Shown here: piece by piece, positions 51,501 to 59,704 of the stretch
How the letters are laid out: every line of letters starts with the position of its first letter
How positions within the stretch are numbered: position 1 is the stretch's first letter
Source of the DNA: an uncultured bacterium
GTDB lineage: Bacteria; Hinthialibacterota; Hinthialibacteria; Hinthialibacterales; Hinthialibacteraceae
DNA: 64,000 nt
Direction: 5' to 3'
Assembly (NCBI GenBank): GCA_964419335.1
Contig: CAYQOX010000001.1
Location: 200,654-264,653 of the forward strand
The notes under the pieces: generated by a model
The model's database searches: none
Told to the model about the DNA's origin: nothing
What the model saw: the letters and a program-made list of their open reading frames with translations, nothing else
Made by a program: the position numbers and the translations under genes

Positions 51501-52579
51501 AGTTGAAAAACAAATTCATTTGCGCTTGGCATGAAATGGCCTATCACTCCCGGGGACCCTTGCGCGGCTTCTTTTTGCTTTGGTGGCCGCTTATGTGGTT
51601 TTATTCTTTTGCGGCGAAAAGCCGACGGCAAATGTACTACCAAGGATGGATTCAGCCGAAGCGTCTTTCTATTCCGGTGATTTCCGTGGGCAATCTCACC
51701 GTCGGTGGGGTAGGGAAGACTCCTTTCGTCATGTATTTAGCGCAATGGCTGCAAACGAAAGGATGGCACCCCGCAGTGGTTATGCGGGGGTATTTTCGAA
51801 AATCGAAGGCACCTTTTCTTCTCGATCCAGCAAACTTTGAGGCTGAGAATGTCTATGCCTACGGTGATGAACCGGTGCTGATTATGAAGACGTTAGATAT
51901 TCCCGTGGGTGTGGGCAGTGATCGCTATGCGATTGGGAAAAAACTTTTGCAGAAAGAGAAATGCGATGTGATGGTATTGGATGATGGTTTTCAGCATTAT
52001 CAATTGCATCGCAATTGTGATTTCGTTATGCTCGATGGGGAAAATCCTCTGGGCAGCGGGCATTGTCTCCCCTATGGTCCCTTGCGTGAACCCGCGTCGG
52101 TTTTATCTTACGCGGATGCTTTGGTGTTTCAGGGAAATCGCAAAACCTCCAAACATGATTTTACTTCCTATAGTCTGCCGATGTTTGAGGGAGAAATGAT
52201 GTGGAAGGATATCCTTCCATTAAACGCATGGCTAGCAGGGAACATTGAAGAAACTATCCCCTTACATGCCTTGCAAGGGCGCGAAGTAGATTTGTTATGT
52301 GGCATAGGGACCCCGCAGCGTTTTGCGCAACAAGCATCAGCCTATGGGATGCGAGTTCGGCAATGTTGGATTTTTCCTGATCATCATTGGTACACAGTAA
52401 ACGATTTGGAGCAAGTTCAACACTCGGATTTTTGTCTCATGACTGAAAAAGACGCGGTTCGATTTTATCCTATTAAAAATAATATGGATGTAAACCATCT
52501 TTTTGTGGTTCGTGCCGCTTGGCGAATGAAAGAAGAGAAAGTATTTTTTGAATGGCTGCAAGAGCAATTGGCCTTATAA
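51497..52579 (+). CDS. lpxK: Tetraacyldisaccharide 4'-kinase
   Basis: VISVGNLTVGGVGKTPFV P-loop characteristic of LpxK. ATGA overlap with waaA. Confidence 0.85.
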   Translation: MKLKNKFICAWHEMAYHSRGPLRGFFLLWWPLMWFYSFAAKSRRQMYYQGWIQPKRLSIPVISVGNLTVGGVGKTPFVMYLAQWLQTKGWHPAVVMRGYFRKSKAPFLLDPANFEAENVYAYGDEPVLIMKTLDIPVGVGSDRYAIGKKLLQKEKCDVMVLDDGFQHYQLHRNCDFVMLDGENPLGSGHCLPYGPLREPASVLSYADALVFQGNRKTSKHDFTSYSLPMFEGEMMWKDILPLNAWLAGNIEETIPLHALQGREVDLLCGIGTPQRFAQQASAYGMRVRQCWIFPDHHWYTVNDLEQVQHSDFCLMTEKDAVRFYPIKNNMDVNHLFVVRAAWRMKEEKVFFEWLQEQLAL

Positions 52580-52609
52580 ACGAGCACCTCATCAAAAGGA
52601 GCAAGACGT

Positions 52610-54034
52610 ATGGACGTATCCCGCTGGGAATCCTATTATCAACAAGCCTATGAACGTGGTTTGAAAAAAATACGTGCCTTAAGGGGCGTGGCATGCGCCT
52701 TTCATTCCGTGATCGATGGCATTGTCCGGGTTACGCCGGAAGTATTAGATCCATTGTTCCAACGTCATCCCGAATTAAAAGAGGCGGCCAAAGCGGGAGT
52801 ACATGGAGAGGTGCCGTTGGAGATTATGTCGTCGCAGGACTTTGTCAAAGGACTGTTTTGTTCGCTTTCAAAGGGAGCGGCTATGCAGCGTATGATTCGT
52901 TCCGAAGAAACCTATCAGTGGGCGATGAACATTTTTGGCCCAGGCGAACTTCGATTAGGAGGGACATCGGGAAACATGGCGCGTTCGTTGGCTCCGCTGG
53001 GGATTCCGGTCACTGTGTATGCTGATCCCCTGACAAGAGAATTAGCGGAACTCTTCGGCGATTCACCGAATCTAAAAGTAATTACCAAAGAGGATCATCA
53101 TTGTGTTTTAAAGACTCCCAAAGAAGCGGTACGAGAACAGGGCATTTTTGCGATTCATTGGATTTTGGAATATGGAGCCGATTTCGAATATTCCTTAGAT
53201 GATGTGTTGATTTGTCCCAGACGCGCGAATCGTTATATTCCTTCGTGGAATCCTCGTAACAATCAGTTTCGCATGAATCCTGAATTTGCGCATGGATTTA
53301 TGGAACTGTTGGATTCATACAGCCATTTGCTTTTTTCCGGTTTTCATATTCTTTCAGAACGTTACCCCGATGGAAGCACATGCGAGGATGTGGTGAAGCC
53401 GTTGGGGGATTATCTAGAGCAAGTGAATGAACGATCGCAGGAATTGAAAATTCACCTAGAATTCGCTTCCATCGCTTCTCACGCTGTGCGCGCCGCTGTG
53501 TTGAAGCATATCGTACCCCATGTTCATAGCTTAGGGTTGAATGAAACCGAACTCCCTCTATTACTAGAAAATTTAGGTGAGGATGAATTCGCTCAATCTC
53601 TGCGTAGCGATGCGAGTAGTTATGATTTTTGCCAGGCCGCTAAATTGACCTTAGAAAGAACTTCACTGGAACGAATTCACTTTCACAACTTAGGCTATTA
53701 TTTATGTTTGGAAAAAGAGCCGTGGCATTCTTCAGAATCCTCGCGCGATGCCTTGCTGTTCGCAGCGGTGATGGCTGCGGCACGGGCGAAGAATGGCCTT
53801 TTCCAATCGTTGGATGATATTGCCGCCGGTAAGGAAGAAACTGTTTCCCAACGCGGTTTGGAGGAACTGAACTTGTTGGCGGATCAACTAGCCCAGCCTT
53901 CGATTCGAGAGCAGGGCATAGCTATTTGTGAAGGTATGACACTCACTGCGATCCCAGCGAAGCTCGTAGAAAATCCACTCTTTACTGTTGGCTTGGGTGA
54001 TACGATTTCATCCGGTGCGTTCCTGACAGAATAA
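52610..54034 (+). CDS. ADP-dependent glucokinase/phosphofructokinase family protein (archaeal-type ribokinase-superfamily sugar kinase)
   Basis: Blocks CAFHSVIDGIVRV, ELRLGGTSGNMA, ERIHFHNLGYYLCL, SRDALLFAAVMAAARAKNG and C-terminal TVGLGDTISSGAF match the conserved motifs of archaeal ADP-dependent glucokinases as I recall them. Confidence 0.65.
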   Translation: MDVSRWESYYQQAYERGLKKIRALRGVACAFHSVIDGIVRVTPEVLDPLFQRHPELKEAAKAGVHGEVPLEIMSSQDFVKGLFCSLSKGAAMQRMIRSEETYQWAMNIFGPGELRLGGTSGNMARSLAPLGIPVTVYADPLTRELAELFGDSPNLKVITKEDHHCVLKTPKEAVREQGIFAIHWILEYGADFEYSLDDVLICPRRANRYIPSWNPRNNQFRMNPEFAHGFMELLDSYSHLLFSGFHILSERYPDGSTCEDVVKPLGDYLEQVNERSQELKIHLEFASIASHAVRAAVLKHIVPHVHSLGLNETELPLLLENLGEDEFAQSLRSDASSYDFCQAAKLTLERTSLERIHFHNLGYYLCLEKEPWHSSESSRDALLFAAVMAAARAKNGLFQSLDDIAAGKEETVSQRGLEELNLLADQLAQPSIREQGIAICEGMTLTAIPAKLVENPLFTVGLGDTISSGAFLTE

Positions 54035-54342
54035 AAATGAAAAATTCTAATGTTGTCATTGTGCAGGTATTTCGAGAGATATGCTGCTTCTCCATTGCAC
54101 AAAACGTTCTTCCATAAACTTATCTAGCCCCTCATCTGGTTGCTCTCTTCCAAACCAAAATTTAATCCTGAACTTTATCTCAAGATAAATATCAATTCCC
54201 TTCTCCTTTGCTTAATGAATTGTCCAGGATCGAACTTTTTTTACTAATTATTTTATTATTGTAATGTGCTGGTTTATTTGAACTTATTGTAAATTGATGA
54301 TAAAGTTGAGAAAAAAAGTTATCTAATTTATAAACGATATTG

Positions 54343-54370
54343 TTGACAAAATAGATAGAATAAATATAAT
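54343..54370 (+). promoter_or_regulatory. Near-consensus sigma70-type promoter (TTGACA-16 nt-TATAAT) for the orphan gene
   Basis: TTGACA at 54343-54348, 16-nt spacer, TATAAT at 54365-54370, within a 420-bp AT-rich intergenic region. An AAGGAG ribosome-binding site lies at 54439-54444, 13 nt before ATG 54457. Confidence 0.5.
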
Positions 54371-54456
54371 TGAAGATTAGAAATAGAGTAAACTTAGTAA
54401 AAAATATTTATAACCTGCTCTATTTTAATAACTTAGCAAAGGAGTTGGATGGAGCA

Positions 54457-56124
54457 ATGACTAAGAAGCCTTCTACGTCGGCTCATGAATACCCTTTGAC
54501 TTTTGGGTGCGACACAACGAAATGGATAATAATACGGGATCAATTAAAGCAAGCGCTTTTAGAAATTGAGAGGAAAAAGACCGGTTCTTTTCAAGAATCG
54601 CGTGATGTGATTCAACACTATTTTGAAAAAAATCCATTGGATTTGGACGATCCGATCACCATGGATGAGGATGCTAAATCGATCCTGGATACTGTTTTTG
54701 AGGTTGAATGCGAATTGATCCAACAGCATTCCGGTCATGAAGAGATTTATCGTCGCATTGGCCGCCATATGCGTGAATATTTCGCTGATGCCTTATTAAA
54801 AATTCATCTTTCGTATTTGGATAACATATTAAATCAATGTGAAGAAAAGGCTGGAGAGTTGGCGGAAACGCTGGGGATAGAAGATTTTAATCATACTTCT
54901 GATTCGCGCAAGCGTTTTTGCAAGAAAATTTCACTGTACCGTGATGTTGGTTCATTTGTTCATCCTCAAGAATTAAAACTTTCGATGGCGAAGGTGAAGA
55001 GTCGGTCTCAAGCACGGGCAAAACGAGGGAATCTATGGCCAGTCGATCGGCGTAAGAAATATCTATTTTTGGAAGAATTGGCGGATGACAACAAAGTATG
55101 CCCACCCTTCACGGAAGAGGATTTAGAGTTTTTAGTCAGCCAATCCAGTTTGGAAATGCTGAAAAAGAAGACCAACTTACTTTTGAATGAGCTTGGTTTT
55201 ATTGAACCCAATCGCTTAAAAGCCAATTACTCACGTTTGAAAGATCATTTACAGCGTAGCAAGCAGCGTCAATCTGATTATGAGCGCCGTCGTGAATTAT
55301 TGCTCAAACTCGGGGCTTCTCCCCAACAGGTGGATTATATTTCCGCCCGGGCAACCTATCAGACGATGAAGAATTTGCTCAAACTGGCGAATGGGAAATT
55401 AGCCATTTCCGACTTGATGGGAGGCAAACGTACAATACGTAAGTTGTTACGTAAGAAAGGGAAAGCGCAAAGCCGGGCTGAGATTCAAATAACGAATTAC
55501 CTTGTGAAGAAAGAAGGTATAAGTCGTTCTACTGCAGAGGCTTATGCGCGCACCCGAAAGAACCATTCGGTGAAGCATTTAAAACAGACGGTTGATTTTT
55601 TGAAAGAGAACTATCGCCGATTTTACCGGGCGCACTGGGGTTTTGTCATTCAGAATAATGTATTACGACGAGCGCTTGAGTTAGGCCTCTCACGACAAAA
55701 ACTGAGCAAACGCGCACTAAGTCAAAAAGATTTTCTGAACGATTTACGTCGATCTTTGGCCTTAGAAGAAGCCTTGGTGGTTAAAGAGCAGGATCGTTTG
55801 ACTGCCGAAAAGCGCCGAGAAGCATTGGCTCCATTCAAAGAAGTACTTGACTATGAAACGGATACGGATACACGCAAGCAGTTGTATTTTATCTATGAAC
55901 AATTTTGCCGCTTTGGGCTTTGTATTCCCAAGGATAAATTAAAGCATTTGTGTTTAAAGAATTCTTCGCTTTTCCCCAATCAACGCAAGGTGCAGGATGC
56001 ATTAGAGATATTGAACGGCGCCTACCGTGCGATTGGGCAACATGGGGAAACGCTTTGCGTTTTGCCAGATTATCTTGAGTTAAATCAGGAACATTCTTCA
56101 AGTGGAGAAGATCCGAGAAGATAA
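54457..56124 (+). CDS. Orphan hypothetical protein (555 aa, Lys/Arg/Glu/Leu-rich, predicted all-helical), in AT-rich islet
   Basis: ORF 54370..56124. The ATG at 54370 overlaps the -10 hexamer, so ATG 54457 (MTKKPSTS...) with its AAGGAG ribosome-binding site is preferred. No conserved catalytic motifs recognised. Confidence 0.5.
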   Translation: MTKKPSTSAHEYPLTFGCDTTKWIIIRDQLKQALLEIERKKTGSFQESRDVIQHYFEKNPLDLDDPITMDEDAKSILDTVFEVECELIQQHSGHEEIYRRIGRHMREYFADALLKIHLSYLDNILNQCEEKAGELAETLGIEDFNHTSDSRKRFCKKISLYRDVGSFVHPQELKLSMAKVKSRSQARAKRGNLWPVDRRKKYLFLEELADDNKVCPPFTEEDLEFLVSQSSLEMLKKKTNLLLNELGFIEPNRLKANYSRLKDHLQRSKQRQSDYERRRELLLKLGASPQQVDYISARATYQTMKNLLKLANGKLAISDLMGGKRTIRKLLRKKGKAQSRAEIQITNYLVKKEGISRSTAEAYARTRKNHSVKHLKQTVDFLKENYRRFYRAHWGFVIQNNVLRRALELGLSRQKLSKRALSQKDFLNDLRRSLALEEALVVKEQDRLTAEKRREALAPFKEVLDYETDTDTRKQLYFIYEQFCRFGLCIPKDKLKHLCLKNSSLFPNQRKVQDALEILNGAYRAIGQHGETLCVLPDYLELNQEHSSSGEDPRR

Positions 56125-56185
56125 TTCTCATTATTTCAATCTCCATGTTTTGTGAATCATGTTCATGATTCCTTTCCCAAGTTTG

Positions 56186-56211
56186 AAGGGGACGATTTTC
56201 GTCCCCTTTTG
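56186..56211 (+). terminator. Rho-independent terminator after the orphan gene
   Basis: Stem AAGGGGACG/CGTCCCCTT with ATTTT loop followed by TTTT. Confidence 0.5.
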
Positions 56212-56224
56212 ACGTTAGTGGCAG

Positions 56225-57751
56225 TTAATCAGAAAAAGGTTCTTTCAGTTTAGAAAGATCCAAGCGGTATAGAATTTGGTTATAGTCATAGCGTGGGGTG
56301 GCGGTTTGTGTATCAGAAAACATCTTTGAATAGGTTCCTTCAAAGAATAGAATTCGGCCCCCTTGTTGATCAAAAAAGGGATGATGCACGGGGTTATAAA
56401 AACTGTATTGATCGTGGGTTACAATTTTTTGGGCTAAATTCCATGGTCCAGTGAGGGTTTTTGATTCCGAGTACCAAACTTCGCCGAGATAGGAAGTATC
56501 ACCACTACTCTGATTTCCAATCATGACCCATTTTTCACGATAATCATTCCAGTGCACGGATGCACGATGAAAACGTATCCTTTGTTCAGAATCAAGATCT
56601 TTAGGCAAAAAGTGGGTTTGGCTGGGTTGAATCAGCCCGGCTTCGATCAGTTGCTGTTCTTCTTCTGGGCCAGTCGGGCCGGTATGGGGCTTCCATGCGT
56701 ATACTGGTTCCCCTTGATCACGCTCAATTTGGGAGTTTTCTCCTCGGAATGTAGTCCCTTCTTTTAAGCAGGTAAATGCTTCATAGCGGGATTGATCTTT
56801 AATCGCTTGAAGCGTGGCTGGAACTCTGACATTTGGAAAGGGATGCGGGATATAAAGATAGTTGGTGTCTTCCATTGTAACTTGAATCGGATGTGCTTGT
56901 GGGCACTGCCATTCTTTGGATAAGTCGAATTCGAAAATTTTTTCAAATTCTTCTTTGCGATCGTCAAATTGGACCAATCCATGTTCCAAGCGTTCTTCTA
57001 AACTTTCCATGTGATTGTAATGCCCGAACATCCGTTTTTCGCCTTGGGAATTTGTGAGAATGAATAAACCGTCAATCCAGATCATGCCATGATCTTTGAA
57101 AGGACATATGGGTTTAGCAAAACCTTGGTCATCTATAAAGTATTTCAAGTTAATTCCTTCTTCTGGGGGTAAGTCTGCTTCGGAAGGAAGTTTAGAAGTG
57201 GCGCCTGAGGTTTTGAAATTGCCCAAAGGATATTGGGGTTTGCTCGTATCTCCCCAAAACCAATAGATTTTACCGTTATAGATTTGTGTTAATACGGAAT
57301 CTTGACCCATCACTTGACCATTTAGAAGGGGCTTTTCAATAGGAATCGGGGTATTGGTCAGGTGACTATCTCGGAATAATCCTGCTCCAGTAATCCGATA
57401 GAGCCTTTCGGCTAGGTTGTTCCGTTCCAATTTGACAACGGCGCTTTCTCCCGATTGGGGTTTCAATTTTACCCCTTCATAACCGAACCCATCAGCAGAG
57501 GATTCGTAACCATGGCTTTTCACTTCAAAAAACACTTCCATTCCCATAAGTCCCGGTTCGTAGAAGGCCACAACGCCGTTGTTATCCGTATAATAGCGGA
57601 TTTGGTTTACCGTTTTTAATTCAACCAAAGGAATCCCACGGTCTGTGTCTTTATCGATCACTTGAATTTTGAAATACTTATTATCTTCGGCGTGAATTAA
57701 AGAGGAGTGGGAAAGGATCATTCCTAGGATTAAAAAGAAAATTTTACGCAT
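56225..57751 (-). CDS. Secreted hypothetical protein (possible beta-propeller/glycoside-hydrolase-like)
   Basis: Signal peptide MRKIFFLILGMILSHSSLIHA. 508 aa, Trp/Gly/Asp-rich with repeated WxGD-like segments. Family not identified. Confidence 0.45.
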   Translation of the reverse strand: MRKIFFLILGMILSHSSLIHAEDNKYFKIQVIDKDTDRGIPLVELKTVNQIRYYTDNNGVVAFYEPGLMGMEVFFEVKSHGYESSADGFGYEGVKLKPQSGESAVVKLERNNLAERLYRITGAGLFRDSHLTNTPIPIEKPLLNGQVMGQDSVLTQIYNGKIYWFWGDTSKPQYPLGNFKTSGATSKLPSEADLPPEEGINLKYFIDDQGFAKPICPFKDHGMIWIDGLFILTNSQGEKRMFGHYNHMESLEERLEHGLVQFDDRKEEFEKIFEFDLSKEWQCPQAHPIQVTMEDTNYLYIPHPFPNVRVPATLQAIKDQSRYEAFTCLKEGTTFRGENSQIERDQGEPVYAWKPHTGPTGPEEEQQLIEAGLIQPSQTHFLPKDLDSEQRIRFHRASVHWNDYREKWVMIGNQSSGDTSYLGEVWYSESKTLTGPWNLAQKIVTHDQYSFYNPVHHPFFDQQGGRILFFEGTYSKMFSDTQTATPRYDYNQILYRLDLSKLKEPFSD

Positions 57752-57871
57752 TTATTACACCATATTTTTCTTTCTTTCGTTCGTGTGGTCTTTCTAGGCT
57801 TATCATCTTGGATAAGAGTAGTTATGTAAAGAGAAAAGATAGAGTGAAACCCTTGTTTTTGCCTGAAAAGA

Positions 57872-58321
57872 TTGATAAAGTTTATAATTATTATGAAATT
57901 GCTTACCTATTCTTTTATTCTCATTTTATGTCTTCTTAATCCCATGGCCAATTTTATCCTTTGCTGGGGAGATGGGGGACATCTGGCCATCGAGGCTACC
58001 TTAAAAAAGGAGAAGGAAGAATGCTGTAAACTTCCGGAAGATATTTACGAGATTGCGATTGCTTCGATAGACCAGCAAGAAAATATGACTTTATGTCCAA
58101 GTGACACTTGTTGGGATATTCTCATTTTATTTCAATCAGACTATGCAACCGTATCTGCATCCCAAAGTGAGAGTTTAAAATACATCCCTCGTGTCTTGAG
58201 TGGGAACTTGATCGAATGTTCGAGCAATGACTTCATAGATAAAATTCCCGCTTACGATATTCACGAGCACACACCACCTCTCATTATTTCCTTCCTACAA
58301 ACAGTTCGATTATTGATTTGA
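57872..58321 (+). CDS. Small Cys-containing putative secreted protein upstream of czcCBA
   Basis: 149-aa ORF with hydrophobic N-terminus (LLTYSFILILCLLNP). Several Cys (CWGDGGH, CCKLPED, CPSDTC). No family recognised, so this may be spurious. Confidence 0.3.
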   Translation: MIKFIIIMKLLTYSFILILCLLNPMANFILCWGDGGHLAIEATLKKEKEECCKLPEDIYEIAIASIDQQENMTLCPSDTCWDILILFQSDYATVSASQSESLKYIPRVLSGNLIECSSNDFIDKIPAYDIHEHTPPLIISFLQTVRLLI

Positions 58322-58444
58322 TCCCAGTTTTCTTAGTTCATCATTGAGCAGTAGATCGGTCTGTCTACGTAATTTTTTATCTTAATCATCACACAGAAAG
58401 CAAGTGCCTGGTTATTTCAAGAAGGCGCTTACGTGGGTTAAATC

Positions 58445-59704
58445 ATGAAAAAGTGTGTAATTCTGTTTATTTCAATTCTCTTTTTAACTTCGATGCCACG
58501 GCTGGAGAATTCTTTATCTCTAAGTGATTGTCAACAACTTGCTTTGGAAAAAAATCCTTCTCTACAACCCTGGGAATATGAACTTGAGGCGCAAGATGGG
58601 CAGGTGGAACAGATGGGATTATCACCCAATCCTGAATTGGAGTTCGAAGCAGAAGATATTTTCGGAACTGGGGATCTTCAAGGAATCAAACATGCCGAGG
58701 GTACGCTGGGATTGAGCCAAACGATAGAGACAGCGGGCAAACGAAAAAAACGTATTTTTACAGCGGAACGTGAAAAAGATGTGGTTCGCGAAGAGTTAAA
58801 CCTCGCGCGTCTGAATGTGCTCTATCAAACGACAGATGCGTTCATCGATGTATTGACGTGGCAAGAGCGATTGGAATTAGAGGAAACTTTCTATGAAATC
58901 AGTCAAGAAATACTGGATACTATAGGTACCCGTGTAGAAGCCGGGCGCGATTCACCCATGGAAGAAACCCGCGCCAAAGTGATGGTTTCTTCTTCACGAA
59001 TTCGCTTGGATCGTGCAAAAAAAACATTACAAAAAAAGAAAATCGCTCTCTCTTCACAATGGAAGAGCGAGCAGCCCACGTTTGAAATCGTCGAAGGTGA
59101 CTTACTTTCTCTCTCTACACCTTCAGAAATAGAATTAGTTTCTCCCCCTTTGAATCACCCAGTTTTAGCTCAGTCACGGAATGAAATTCAGCGTCGTGAA
59201 GCGGTATTGGGATTAGAGCATGCGAAGGCTACGCCCGATTTTACCGTTGGGGCGGGGATTCGATATGCGAATGAAGTGGATGATAGTTCGTTGGTATTTG
59301 GGTTTTCTGTACCTTTACCGTTTCGCGATCGGAATCAGGGAGCCATTCGGGCTGCCCAAGCGCGAATTACCAAAGCAGAAAAAGAATATGAACAAAAATC
59401 ATTCGAATTAAATTTCAAATTACATCAAAACTATCAGGACTATCTCCAGAACTATGAAGAAACAAAGATTTTACAAGAGGACATCCTCCCAGAAGCGCAA
59501 CGGGCATTTGAAGCCGCGCAGGAAGGATTTCGCCAAGGGAAATTTTCTTATCTTAATGTGTTAGATGCTCAGCGATCTTTGTTTGAATTAAAAGTGCAAT
59601 TATTGGAAGCCGCTTCCAATGTTCATAAAACCATCAACGAAATCAATCGGCTAATGATGAATTATAAAATTTTAGAAGAACAAAAGAAGGAGATAAGCCA
59701 ATGA
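58445..59704 (+). CDS. czcC: Outer-membrane efflux protein (TolC/CzcC family) of heavy-metal RND system
   Basis: Signal peptide, two coiled-coil/beta-barrel repeats typical of OEP family. First gene of an OMF-MFP-RND triad. Confidence 0.75.
   Translation: MKKCVILFISILFLTSMPRLENSLSLSDCQQLALEKNPSLQPWEYELEAQDGQVEQMGLSPNPELEFEAEDIFGTGDLQGIKHAEGTLGLSQTIETAGKRKKRIFTAEREKDVVREELNLARLNVLYQTTDAFIDVLTWQERLELEETFYEISQEILDTIGTRVEAGRDSPMEETRAKVMVSSSRIRLDRAKKTLQKKKIALSSQWKSEQPTFEIVEGDLLSLSTPSEIELVSPPLNHPVLAQSRNEIQRREAVLGLEHAKATPDFTVGAGIRYANEVDDSSLVFGFSVPLPFRDRNQGAIRAAQARITKAEKEYEQKSFELNFKLHQNYQDYLQNYEETKILQEDILPEAQRAFEAAQEGFRQGKFSYLNVLDAQRSLFELKVQLLEAASNVHKTINEINRLMMNYKILEEQKKEISQ

Noticed and set aside
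54370-54456. Upstream ATG 54370 as start of the orphan gene
   Set aside because: This ATG overlaps the -10 hexamer of the predicted promoter and lacks a ribosome-binding site. ATG 54457 has AAGGAG 13 nt upstream.
54035-56211. Calling the AT-rich islet a mobile element
   Set aside because: No integrase, transposase, flanking direct repeats or tRNA attachment site are visible. Atypical composition is the only evidence, so it is reported as a finding rather than a mobile_element feature.
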